Shown: piece after piece, positions 36,493 to 49,211 of the stretch
How the letters are laid out: every line of letters starts with the position of its first letter
Position numbering within the stretch: position 1 is the stretch's first letter
Assembly: GCA_004431415.1 (NCBI GenBank)
Contig: QPMI01000059.1
Span: 186,001 to 250,000, forward strand
Length of the DNA stretch: 64,000 bases
Reading direction: 5' to 3'
Source of the DNA: Cyanophora paradoxa CCMP329
Taxonomy: Eukaryota; Plantae; Glaucophyta
The notes under the pieces: generated by a model
What the model saw: only the letters and a program-made list of their open reading frames with translations
What the model was told of the DNA's origin: nothing
The model's database searches: none
Position numbers and translations under genes: made by a program

Positions 36493-39052
36493 ATGCGAGA
36501 GCACAGGGCCGCACGGGCGGCGGCGCTGCTGGCGCTGCTGGCGCTTCTCGTCGGCGCTTTGGCCGACGAGCGGAGCTCGCTGGCGCAGGTCTTCTCGTAC
36601 GTGGAAACGGACCTGCCCGTGACCGTACTGCGCGTGCGCGCCGATCCAGCTTCCTGCTCCGCCGCGGAGCTAAAGCTGCCACGCAGACGAGCCTCGATCC
36701 GTCCTTCCTGATGGCCATCGACCCGAACGACCCCTTCTTCCAAGCACAGGGCCTCCTCAAGACTAAGCTGCGTGCGCTGCGGGCCCCGCGCCGCGCCGCC
36801 GCCCGCGCCTGAAGCCGCGCGCCCGGGCCCAGACGCGCCCAGCGCGACGGCTCTCGTCCGGTCGGTCGCACGCAAGGCCTGCGCCATTGCGGACCCGAAG
36901 AATAAGCCGCTCATCATCGGTGCGCCGCCGCTCGACGCGGCGGCTCGCGCGGGCCGCCGCTGACCCCCGCCCCAGACATTGGCGCCAACATCGGCTACTT
37001 TTCGGCCCTGGGCGCCTCCCTCGGCTGTCAGGTGTACTCCTTCGAGCCTCAGGTGCACTAGAATCGTACCCCGCGCGCGCTCCGCGCCGCGCCCGCCCGA
37101 CGTACGAGGCCCGAGGCTCGAGGGCCTGAGCCGACCAGTTGCTGACTTCGTGCGCAGTTCGACGTGCAACCGTACTTCGAGCTGATGCGCGCCCTGAACG
37201 GGTGGGAATCTCGCATCGAGCACCAGAGGCTCGCGGGTACACGCCCCCCGCGCGCGCGAGCGTGTACCCCCTCCGCCCGGCTCATGATCACGCCCCCTGT
37301 CAGTGTCCAACGCGTCGGGCAAGAAGTTCGCCTTACCCCGGTTGAACGACAAGGTTCGGGCCTCCCCGTACCCCCCTTGATCCCCGTACCCCTCAATCCC
37401 TTCGGTAAATCCGTACCCCCAGGGCCTCGCCTACCTCATGGACATCAGCCAGCTCGACTGGAGAACGTCCATCGAGGTCACGTCGGTCCGCGTTGAACCC
37501 CGTACCCCCTCGGATTCCATCCCGTACCCCCCCCCTTGAACCTAAAGCGTACCCCGCAGACGACGCTGGACGAGGCGTTCGCGAACGACACGCGGGAGAT
37601 CGTTCTCCTCAAGGTCGACGTGGGTACGCGACCCTCGCTCCTCCGGCCCAGCCCTCTCGCGCGACCCTCGTGAACGTCGTCTTCGTCGTATCCCCCCAGA
37701 GGGCCACGAGCTTGAGGCTCTGCAGGGGGCCGAGCGGCTCATCGCCTCGCGCCGCGTCGCGAACCTCCTCATCGAGTTTAAGCGCGACGAGAAGGTACCC
37801 CTCTCGCCCTCTCGCCCCCTCCCCCCCTTCCCCCCCCCACACACACACACGGCCTCCCTGCCCCCCCCCCCCCCCCCCCCCCTCCCCCCTCCCCCTCTCC
37901 CCATCTCCTCCGCCCTTGCGGCTCCAGCCGACCCAAGACGCCAAGGCCAAGACAACGCTTAGAAGCTCCTAAAACGCTCCGCCTGTCCTACACTCCCCGC
38001 CTGTCCTACACTCCGCCCGTTCTTTAGCCCTGGGCCTCTCTCCGCCTGTTTTTCCGGGCCCGGCCGCGCCGTCAAAGCCTACAGCTACCTACATATACAA
38101 GCTTCATAGAAGGGGATCCAATCCGACCCGGCCCGGCCCCCCAGCCGCGGCCCGCCCTCTTAGGAGGGCTAGAAACTGGCGTGGCGTAGGGCCTGGCTTC
38201 CACCTTGAGGCTTAGAAGCTTCTTCTTAGAAGGCGATCCAATCCTTTCTTTAGCCCCGCTTTAGCCCCGGGCCTCTCTCCGTGTATTCCCGGGCCCGGCC
38301 GCGCCGTCGAAGCCTAGGTGCTTCTTAGAAGCGAAGCCGGGCCGACCGATCGCGGCGCCGCCCGCGTCAACCCCCCCTCCCTACCCCCCTCTACGCCCTT
38401 CCCTCTCCAGGCTTTCACCCCCTAAGGCTTCGAGACCGATGCGATCGGAGCCGACGCCCGGCCCCGCGCAGGAGGACGAGAAGCTGGCGTGGCTACAGCG
38501 GATGCGCGACGTCCACCGCTACAACACCTATACCCTCGTGCGCCCCCCGTACCCCCCTCCCCATGCCCCCCCTTTCCCGCCCTCGTCTAGCGCCGGGAGG
38601 GGGCGGGGGGGGGGGGGGGGGGGGCAAGGAGGGGGTAGCAGGATCCGCCGCGCGCCTCGCCCTCGCTGGCCACTGGCCCACGGGCTCACTAGTTATACTT
38701 GGCTGCGCTTAGCTGCGCTATACTTCACTATACTTAGCTGCGCTAGACAGTTACACGGGCTCACTAGCGTTACTTTCGGCGCTTAGCTGCGCTCATTTCG
38801 GAGTCCAGCGTAGGGAGGGCTTAGCAAGGGAGGGCTTAGCAAGGGAGGGCTTAGCAGGGGAAGGGGGGGCCGGCCAGACGGGTCCCCCACCCCGTCGCCT
38901 ATTAACAGGATCACTGACTCACTTTCGGCCCCCGGCGTTCTTTTTCGGCGCAGGCGGAGATGTACATGGGCCCGAAGAGCGACGGGTTCCCCCACTTCCC
39001 CTTCCAGGGCGACTGGCCCCCCTACGAGGATGTCTGGCTCCGCCGCATCTGA
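36493..39052 (+). CDS. FkbM-family SAM-dependent methyltransferase with signal peptide
   Basis: MREHRAARAAALLALLALLVG; spliced motifs IIDIGANIGYFS, VYSFEPQ, TTLDE, LLKVDVEGHELEALQGA, LLIEF; ends EDVWLRRI*. Confidence 0.85.
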
Positions 39053-39689
39053 TCCTATGAGAGTAGCTGGCGCTTAGCTTGAGGTTTGGTTGTTACAAAA
39101 GAATGCAGCTACGTAGCTGGCGAAGAGATTCCGGGATCTGATCCTATGAGAGATTCCTGGCTTAAGGTTTGTCTATTAGGAACTCGGAAAGATCCGTGGA
39201 GAGAGAGGAAGAGGATACATAGCTACGGAAACACCCGGGAGGGGGGGCGGGGGTCCGGCCTACTGGCCGCCCTACGAGGGCGTCTGGCTCCGCCTCATCT
39301 GATCGCGCGAGCCCTAGAGAAGCTTAAGGTGTATCTGTTACAGAAGGATGCGTGGAGAAATTAAAAAGCTTGCTAAAGCTAGCGAGAAGGGTTCAAAACC
39401 CTGCTTTAAGGTGTTCGGGTGGCTGGCCGACTTGTCGATGCGCTTAAATCTTAATCCGCTGCGGGGTCTGCTGCACGGCTCATCTGGCTCCTCCCTTCTC
39501 TCTTACACCCCGCCTCTCCCTCTTCCCCCCTCCCCCTCTCTCCCCCTAATTCCCTTCCTCTCGAGTCTCCCTTTCTTTCCCTCCCCCTCCCCCTCCTCCC
39601 CCCCCCCTCCCTCCCCCGTCACCTCCCCCTACCCCGTCAGCTCGCGTCCTTCAGCCGCAGAAAAAGCTCTCATAACGTTTCAAGCCGCG

Positions 39690-42600
39690 ATGGCGGGGGG
39701 AAGGCGTCTCTCGCTCACGGCGCTCGCTCTCGTGCTCGCGGTGCAAATCGCGTGCTCGTACGGCGCTGTCGTAGGCACGACGCCGCCGCCCGGGCTCGTG
39801 CCCATCCCGCAAGGTACCGACTACGCGGACTCGGACTCGGTGACGAACGTCGCGGGCACGAGGGTCAGCCTCGGATACACGGCGAAGACCGGACACCCGG
39901 TGCGCGCGCGCTCCGAATTCGAAGCTCTCCTTAAGTTTGCGTCGCGAGCGGCAGTTAAAAATACCGGGCTCTCCCCGCATGTGCGCAGATCGTCAACCTC
40001 GATGAGATACCCGTTCTACTGAACGTCCGATGCTTGCCGGACGCTCTGGAGCTGGCCTTCGGCGCTCCCGCCGGAACCGGCGCCGGCGGAACTGACCTGT
40101 TTGCACTCCTCTCTGCCCGCGTACGCGCCTACGCCCCAATCGGCACAGTGTGGGCTCCCGGTGCGCGGCAATTTCCTTTTTTGCCGTGCTCGGGGTGCGC
40201 GATTATATAATCGATATTAATTTTTCTCGCAGGCACTTTGCTTGTGGGCGGCCTCAAGTGGAATTGCAGAGATGAGAAGCGCGCATGCGCATACGCATCA
40301 GCGCTCACATTAAATTCAACGAGTAACCGGCGCTGCTATTCGCGTGCGCGTGCGCAGGGGCATCGGCACTCCGATCTACCGATACGTCGACTCGATCAAA
40401 ATCACGGAACGGGACGCCGCCTTCGGCATCTATGCCTTCCAGGCCGACATCGCCACGCGCCCCGCCTCCATCTTCGTGCGCGCGCGCATGCGCAGTCCCT
40501 CCACCTCAATTTTTCCTTGTAAGATAATTGTATGACCACCGTGCGCGCCGCCCCGCTGCATGCATTTGTGGGAAGGACTCGTTCGAGGACCTGCTTATAT
40601 AATTGCTAAGTAGCCGCTCCATTTTAAGCTTTGGCTTGTATATAATTACTCAGTAACCGATCCATTTTAAGCTTTAGCTTATATATATATAATTACTGAG
40701 TAGCCGCTGTGCTCAGGACGCGTTCGAGGACCTGGAGATGAAGGCGCAGTCCGTGGCCGCCCCGGGGGCCGGCCCCCGCGACGTCGGCCCGGGCTTCACG
40801 AGCCCGTACACGCCCGACTTCTGCGGGCCCACGGGGCCCATCTACCTTCCCGAGCGGCGCGCCCCGAGCGCGGAGATCCCGGCGCGCCGCGGCCGCGCGC
40901 TGCAGGGCGAGGGCGGGGGCGAGTTCGAACGCGGTCAGGAGGACCTGGATCTAGATCTGGGCCTGCCCCGCCGCCGCCTCGCCTCGCAGCCCGAGCCGGG
41001 ATTCCTCGAAAAGGCGAACACAAAATTCGTTATCGTATTCCAGGCTTTTACTCCATTAAATTAATTTCGGGCAGGTTTGGAACTTCCTGAAAGGGGCGTG
41101 GGACACGATCGAGAACGTAGCCGAAGCTATCTTTACGGGCAATTTCCGCGTGCGTATGAAACGTTCAATTCAGATTCGTGATACGCAATATTAATTCACA
41201 AGGACTATTCTGCGCACGCACAAATTTCCAGCTTACGAACACGGTGAACATTTTCGCGGCGAGCTGGAACTTCAACCCCGCCACAAACGCTGCCGCGAAA
41301 TCAGTGCGGCGAATCGTGATCATGCACTAGGTCATGATTATATATCCTTCTCATGCGAAACCTTTTGCGAAGATTCCGATCGTCAACACCGTTGCCACGC
41401 GCGTTGACCCCACCCCCATTGCCACTGGCTCCTATCTAACTTCTTGATTTCGCCCCCGTTCGGGCTCTGATTTATGTTTTTTTGCGCCCCGGGCAGCAAA
41501 ATCTCGTGCAAAAATTGCTACGCGTGCGCATTTACTCAAAGATTTCGGCAACTAGCACTAAAGTGGCTCTCGTTGATATATATATATACTGATGCCATAT
41601 GTAATGCCGCTGGATCAGAAAGGCGGGGGCCGATTTCTTCGTCGAGATCGTTGTCCAGAAATACTCGCCGAAGGCGCGCTGAATGATACCATTTCATTTG
41701 TATATGTACTTTACTCACTCGCGCTGACATGGCACGCCGGAATTCTCTCTTCATTCGAATCGAAGGCCCTGCAAGTCTCTCTGGATGCGCGCGCGGCGGC
41801 GCAGCTCGAGCTGCTCGCGACCGTCCAGGGGGGGACCATGGGCGCCATCGACGGCGAGGTCGGCGCCGACAGGCTGTGGAGGATTAGCATTGCAATTGCT
41901 GATGCCAAGGGGTTGTAGGTCGACGCGACTAAGTTCACGACACCAGTCTCCACCATCGTTTTCTTCATCGGCCCCGTGCGCCGTTTGCAGCCAAATATAA
42001 ACTAGGAGGTCGTGATACCAGCAGCTTCTAGCCTCTAGCTAACTGTTAACGTTGAACAGGTGCCGGTTATAATCACAATCTACTTCGGCGCTGCCCTCTC
42101 CGCGGGAGTGAAGGTGCGCATGCGCTCCCGCTTCCAGCACGACCTCACTTATATTTAGAGAAAAGAATTCATCCATTTTAATTTGGCGATGCGCAGTCTT
42201 CGGCCCGCGGGGCGCTCGACGTCGGCGCCGGCTTCGACATCGGACTCACGTGCGCGCCGCGCAGCGCGCCGGAGAAACGGATTCGAAATCAAAGCTTAAG
42301 CATAATACAAGCAACAATTTAATCATATTAATATTGCGCAGGATTGGATTCCGCTGGGAGAGCGAGGGCGGATTCAAGCCGCTCTGGGAGCCGCGCCTCT
42401 CGAAGTGGCTCATCGGGCCGGCCCTCTCCGCCCGCGCCGGTCTGCCACATATATAGGAAGATCGTGAAAAGATTAGAGGAAGTTGAGGTCTAGAGTCCGC
42501 GACATTATATAATAGACTATCGAATTAGCGCTGGTCCGCGACATTAGAACCTTCAGATCGTTTAGCGTCTTCTCATCTTCAAGGCTTATATATATATAGA

Positions 42601-45130
42601 AATCTTCTTGTAACGCCGCGGCCGACGTCGAACACGGCCTGAAACCTCCCCTTCGACCGTTAGAAGATCATTTTAAGATTGCGGCTCGTTAAGAAGATCG
42701 TCGGACGTCAAGTTTCTAAACGACGTGGAAATCTGATGTATGCATTCCGCGCAGCGTTCGACTATAAGGGGGCGGTCCAGGCCGTGGTCGGCGTCTCCCT
42801 CGCGAGCGTCATCCCCATCGGCGGCCTCAACCTCTTCATCGGTATTAATCCAGGCTTCTAGATCTAGATATACCTCACAAAATATGTCTAGATCTTCCAG
42901 GCTCAGGCTCGCGCTGACCGGGCGGAAACTAAATGATGGGCAGGGCCGGAGCTGCAGGCAAACTTCAACCCCGCGACGGAGCAGCAGTGCCCCGCGGCGG
43001 CCGCGGCCGGCGCCGCGACCGCGCCGGGCTCGACCAGCGTCGACATCCTCCCGTCTCCAGGGCCCATCTCCGTCCGCGCGCGAAGCCTCCTCGCCCCGGC
43101 GCCGGAGGTGCTTGAATTGCGCCGACGTCACAATTGCAACTCATCTATATATTCGCTTTTACGCCTAAAACTTAAGTTTCCGGCGCGCGGTACCCGCGCG
43201 CAGCCGGAGAAGCTGTCGCTGTTCTACAACCTGCGCGCGGTGGTGAAGCCGCAGTGGGAGTTGAATGTAGACATCAGCCTCGAGCTGCCCGGTGCGCGCC
43301 ACGTACACCTTCAATTAAATTTCCGTCTCTAGACCTGTGCCCCGACCCTCACTCATGATAAAACGTAATCACTTCCGGTGCGCGGTGCGCGCGCGCCACG
43401 TACACCTAAAACTAATTCCGGATCCGGCTCTAGACCTGTGCACGTGCACGTGCCCCGACGTCGACCCTCGCTCATGATAAATTGAAACATAATAACTTCA
43501 ACGTATCAGTGGTCGGGCGCGTAACGATCTTCAAGAAGAGCACCGGAATTCTCAACCTGGGCCCCGAGATCGAGCTCTTCGAGACGACGGGCTGCATCTA
43601 CACGGATCTCGGTGCACAGCTTTAGATAGCTTAGCTTAAGATACTCGGAATAAAACGTAAACGAAGAGCGGCTAAGGGCTCGAGCAAATTGTACACGTAA
43701 TTATAAATGGTTGCGTGCAGGGAGGGACAAGGGCGATGCGACGGTAAAGGAGCTGGAGGATCCCTCGAAGCTCTCGCCGCCGAAGAAGGGTCCGACCCCG
43801 AGAACAAGTTAGCCTTCGCAAATATAATTAAGCTTCATTTCCTTGCAGGTCCTGGCGTGACCGAGATCGAGACAGCACAGGGCGACCCCGTGTGGGTACG
43901 TATGCGGCCCGTCGGCCTCATTAGTTGACGTCGACGTCGTCATTAGACGCGGAGTTTATAGTAATAACATCATGATCACAGAACTCAAAATAAAGAGGGC
44001 TAACATTACACATTAATTGAATCGCACAACAGGATTTCGGGGACGGGAGCCCTCAGGTGACGACCCTCGTCCCGCGCGTCTCGCACGCCTACGCCGCCCC
44101 GGGCACCTACGGCGTAACGGTGCGCTTCGATCTCCAAACGCTGCGCTTTAATAACTTCGTTTATTTAGTCGACACTCTGATGATCTGAAACCAAATACTA
44201 ATTAATTTATAAACCCAGGCCACGGACCCGGCGACGGGCACCTCTGTCTTCATCGTCGTCGTGGCGGTCGAAGGCAAGCTTAAGTTTTTGAGCTTAATTA
44301 TAAGGACCCTTTAAATTTTATAGATATGCATATGGCAACGCCGATTCGAATTCCCAAGCCTAGGACGCGCATGAATGTCGACGTTTTTCGTCAATGCTTA
44401 AGCTTTAGATTTCGCTCCGAGGAGCTCCGAGCTCACGCTCGACGCGCTTCTTATATATAATATTTAACTTTATTACAATGGGCGACGCTTGACGTCGACG
44501 CGTGCGCGCGCGCGCGCAGCCTACTGCGAGCCTCCCAGTAACATAACGGCGACGCCCACGTCCACACCCTCGGCGCCGACTCCGACTCCGACTGCGACTC
44601 CGACGATTGGTATCGTATTGCCTACACCGACAGCGACCCTCGCGGCAACTCCGACGGCAACAGCGACCCTCGCGGCAACGCCGACAGTGACGGCAACGAC
44701 GACGCCAACGGCGACGCCGTCACCGACATCGGCCGCGACGCCGACGGCGACGGCGACGCCTTGCTGCGGCCCGACGGAGGCCCCGTCCGCTACGCCCACG
44801 CCCACGCCCTGCTGCGGCGGCGGCGATTCCGGAGGCGACATCGACTACGGGGGCTCCGGACCCGGGGATTTCAGTTCGACCAGGCGCTTAAGCCTGCGAT
44901 GGGCGCGCCCGGGTCACGCTGAGGCGAGATCGTATCCCTTGATCACGACGGCCGAGGTGGGCGCGCTCAGCTGCGCTGGGACGACGGCCGCGGGCGAACC
45001 GCTGTACTGCCCCGCGGCGCCCGTGCCGCTCTTCTGCTGCGAGCCGCGCCTGCCGGGCGGCTTCTGCTGCGCCGTCGGCACCGTCTGCAACCGCGCCCGC
45101 GGCGTCTGCGAGCTCCCCGTGTCCGTCTGA
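39690..45130 (+). CDS. Large secreted multi-exon protein with PKD domain, PT-rich linker and Cys-rich C-terminus
   Basis: Signal peptide MAGGRRLSLTALALVLAVQIACSYG; spliced PVW|DFGDGS...VSHAYAAPGTYGVT (PKD signature); (PTAT)n; final LFCCEP...FCCAVGTVCNRARGVCEL. Confidence 0.75.
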
Positions 45131-45683
45131 AGTTTGAGGCCAGATCTAGAGCTAGATCGTTCAGTTCCAGCTTTTACCGTCTGAACTCTTTTGTCGTCCT
45201 CCGGATCCCAGCTTGTGAACCTTTTGCTTAGCTCAAACCATGGCCAACCTCATTATGCACCTTACGTATACCAATCTATCTTGTAAATAATATATTCAAG
45301 CTGCAGCTCGTAACCCTCTCGTCTCGTTTGGGATTCAATAAAGTGCAACGTTGGCGTCTTCTTTCGAGCTCGAGTGTCGTTTATGCTCCTTTAAATTTCG
45401 CATTTTGCCAGCAAATGGTTTATTGCAGCAAGTCATATTTGTAAATCAAGCTTCTGATACGAAAGACTTGCAATTGGAGCTGCGCGAAGGGTCTAGATCT
45501 TGAGGGAAACTAAAGGTCTTGCAATGGGACTTGCGTCTAGACACATTAATATTGCATCAATACACGCTCATGAAACGAGCAGAAGGTCTAGAGAACCTGC
45601 GACTGAAAAAGCTTGCTTGCAGAGCTGAACTGCGATGGCGCCGACCTGGCGCCGATGGCTCCCGAAGGCTTTTGCGACCGCGC

Positions 45684-47464
45684 TCACGAGTCGCAAGCCT
45701 CGCAGGGCTCGAAGCCCGCCGCCTGCCGACGCGAAAATTAAACCGGCGCTCAGCGAAATTCGACGACGTCCGACGCTCGAAGCTTAAGTTGCCTAAGACG
45801 CTCGACATAAATATTAAGCATTCGAATCTCTCAGCAAAAGCTTAATCTTAAGCTTGAATAAGTACGAATAAAGGATTCGGACCTCGGCGATCTCTGCGCT
45901 GCGGAAGCGGCGGATCCCGCTCGCGAACGGGCGGTGCGCCTGCCCCCAATTCGAATTTCGCACCCAGTCTATAATTAGTTTCGCGCCCGACACGTTTCGA
46001 GTTTCGCAACTAATTAAAGTTTCGCACGCACCCAGCCGCCGACGTGGAGGCGGTGGCAGCTGCTCTTGTGGTGCTCCAACCCCTGCGGCGCGCGTTAACG
46101 TTCTCGGACCAGACACGATACGATACGATTAATGGTTTAAGATTTAGTTTTTGTCATATAAGTTGAGACCGAATCTGCGACTTGTATATAAACGCACCTC
46201 GGGGGCGACGAAGCGGCCGGTGGTGTCGCGCAGGTCGGGGGCGTCCACGGGCGCCGCCCCCGAGCGGTCCGGCTGCAGCTGCGCCCGCGGTCGACCTCCG
46301 TCAGATCAAACAGGTGGCAGAGCTCGGGATCGAGAGAGCGATCTGGGACAGATAGCGCTCTGGATTCCGAGCGGTCCGGCTGCAGCTGCAGCTGCGCCCG
46401 CGGTCGACTTCGAATTCCAGCAGATCCAAAGGGCAGAATGAAAACATTTATAGCTATAGGTAGTGCATCATAGAAGGCGAGAAGCTTAAGTATCAGAAGA
46501 CGGATCTCGTTAACGATTCGACAAAGGGCAGATCTAGAGTTCGAAGGAGCCATAATATATATATAAGGCGTAGGCTTCTGGATTTATCTCGAAGCGCTCG
46601 AGCTCGCCTTGGGGTCGGGGTACGGGATCTGGAGCTCGAGCTCGAGGGCCCCGGCCGCCGCGCGGAGCTTCAGGAGGCCGTCCCCTGCGAACGAGGGCAG
46701 CGTAAGAATCGAATTCCAGGCCACTTAAATGCTGACAAAAGGAAAGACGGGCCGGGGGCCCGGGTCGGGCCAGGGCCGGGCGCACCGACGGGGCTCGGGG
46801 GCGTGGCGGAGCGCGAGGGGGCCTTGGACTGCGCCCCGGGCCCGACGTCTGCGCGATAAGGCCGCGGCCCGGCCCGCGTAAATCACAGAGGCCGCGAAAC
46901 CGGCCGGAATCGTTTAATTATAATCCAATAATCGAAGTCTGCACCGGAGCCGGCGACGGATTCGCGGTCGCCGTCGTCGCTCATCGCCACCGTGAGCGAC
47001 AGGGCGCTCGGCGCCAGCCGGTGCTGCGAAAAGGGCCCGGGGGCGCGTTACTCGTTTCCGTCGCGCCGCGGCGCACTCGCTGCAGCTGGAGGCGCCCTCG
47101 GCCTACGTTATAAAGACCTTATGAAGCCATTTATAAAGACCTTATAAAGCCAGTCTGACCTTATAAGACCTCATAAAGCCATTTCCTTATGATATCGATA
47201 CTAGATATATTGAGTGGACCGGCCCCCGAATAATGATTCGAACCTTGGCGCGGGCGGAGGCGCCTTCGGCCTCGCCCAGGGCCGCCCGCTTCGACTGCAG
47301 GAGCGCCGCGCGCGAGACCTGAGGATTGATTAAGCCGGCGGCTCTCAGCGCGGCCTTCAGAAATCAAAGAACTTCCCGCGCGAGTGCAAGCTTAACCCTG
47401 AAGCTTTAAAATTGGAAATAAAACGCACCTCCTCAGGGATGCAGGGGAGAGCTGCGGAGCTCAT
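45684..47464 (-). CDS. Small multi-exon protein with C-terminal Ada-type metal-binding-like domain
   Basis: MSSAALPCIPEE start. Phase-0 exons join to TGRFVAPE|GLEHHKSSCHRLHVGGW|AHRPFASGIRRFRSAEIAE|AAGFEPCEACDS*. N-terminal exons less certain. Confidence 0.6.
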
Positions 47465-47699
47465 GGGGATAGTTGCTGGATTGAAGCTTCGAATTCGAAT
47501 TCGATTCGAATTCCGAACCCGATCCGAAAGTGGTGAGGCGCGCGTGCGTCTGCGGCGGGCCGGGTGATTAGCTCAGCTCTGCCTTAAACATTTGCAGACA
47601 GGCATTTATATAGCGAATTCGAAAGAGCGAGAAAAGCGGTGCAGATCACTGAGCTAGATGCGCTCGCGCGGCGAAGGGGCACGTGCACGCAGAAGTTCT

Positions 47700-48420
47700 A
47701 ATTAATATAAGCCGCTCAGCAGCAGAACGCGCTAGCGCTGGGGATGCGAGCAAGCGCCAAGAACGCGAATTCAAAGCGCTGAGCACGCGCGCGCCGCGCC
47801 GCGCTGCAAAATGCGAGCGAGCCGCAAAACATAAATGCGAGCGAGCCGCAAAATATAAATGCGAGCGCGAGCCGCAAATTTGAACTCAAAGCGCTGAGCG
47901 CGCCCGCATGCGCTGCAACATGCGAGCGAGCTCGAGCTGCGAAATATGAATGCGAGCGCGAGCCGCGAAGGCAATGGGCGTTGAGCAAGCGCTAGCACGC
48001 GTACGAATGCGAGCGAGCCACGCATGCGCAATGAGCCACGCATGCGCCAGCGAGCCAGCAATCGCAATTGCAATGAGCATGCGCGAAAAAGACCATATAT
48101 ATGCATCGCATGCGCAGGCAATTGAAATTGCAAGCGAGCTCGTATCAACCAGCGCACGCGCATGCGCAGCGAAGGAAACTCGCTATAAGCATATGCATGC
48201 GCAGCAAAGGAAACTCGCTAAGCGCGCGCGCGCATGCGCAGCAAAGGAAACTGGGAAGGGCGCGCGCGCGCGCGCACACATGCATAGAATACGTATACGA
48301 AATCAAAGAGAGAGCGCGCGCGTGCGCATGCGCACGTCCAGAATGCAAGCGCGACGCGGAGAGGACGCTGGCGCGGGCCGCGCGCGCGGGCGGCCGGGGG
48401 GCCGGGGCTGATCGCATGCG
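47700..48420. repeat. Low-complexity region of GCGAGCGAGCCGCAAAA subrepeats and GCGCATGCGC palindromes
   Basis: ~24-bp units at 47811-47880 and many GCATGC/GCGCGC palindromes. Confidence 0.6.
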
Positions 48421-48675
48421 CACGCGCAGAAGCTTAAGGATGCGGGTAGGCGGGCGGCGACGCGCCCGTGAGAGAGAGAGAGAGCGCGCGAGGGTTGAAC
48501 CTGGGCTGAGCGATGGCAGCGGCAGGCGGCGCGAATGCTCGAGCTCCGGCCGCGGGTCGGCGCGGCTTCGGAATACGCCGAATGTGTCTCTGCCGCTGCA
48601 AAGCTCAGCGACTCTGATCATGAGGCGCGCATGCGCAGCTCAGCGCGGCGGCCGCACCGAGAACCGTGCGAATTG

Positions 48676-48676
<1 letters not shown>

Positions 48677-48708
<32 letters not shown>
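48677..48708. repeat. (GCT)10 microsatellite
   Basis: Direct reading. Confidence 0.9.
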
Positions 48709-49211
48709 GACTGATCGAATGCTGCGCCTTTTGCCGAACGACTGCTCGGAGAACTGGTTTACGGTTCGCAAGACGTGTGAAACGGCGCGGACACGTGGCG
48801 GCTCACGAGAACCGGTTTTTCGTTTACGTTTTCGATTGATCGGCATCGAACACATGTCAGGATGCTCGAACTCGAACATTCAAGGTTTTCCGTTCAAGCA
48901 GGCTCCCAGCCGCGGCTAGCGTTGCAGCGCGCGCGCGCGGCGCCACGCGCACAGGCCTGAGGCTCGCGCGCAGCGCTTGCAGCTGCGGTGCCGTGAGCAG
49001 CCGCGGGCGGCGGCCCCGGCAGTTGCGGGCTGTAGCTAGGAGCCGGACGTCGCCGACGTTAGCTGCGCGCGCGCGCGCGCGCCGCGGCGTGCGCAGATTT
49101 AAATTTCGCCGACCGGGTACAGCCTCGCAGCTGCCGGTCCGGGTACGCCTTGAAGTCGGCGCCAGCAGGGGCCCTCGCAGCAGCCGCGGATCGGAGCTCG
49201 AGCGTTAGACG

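Noticed and set aside
47400-47464. F-box motif at MSSAALPCIPEE
   Set aside because: The following exon does not continue an F-box consensus.
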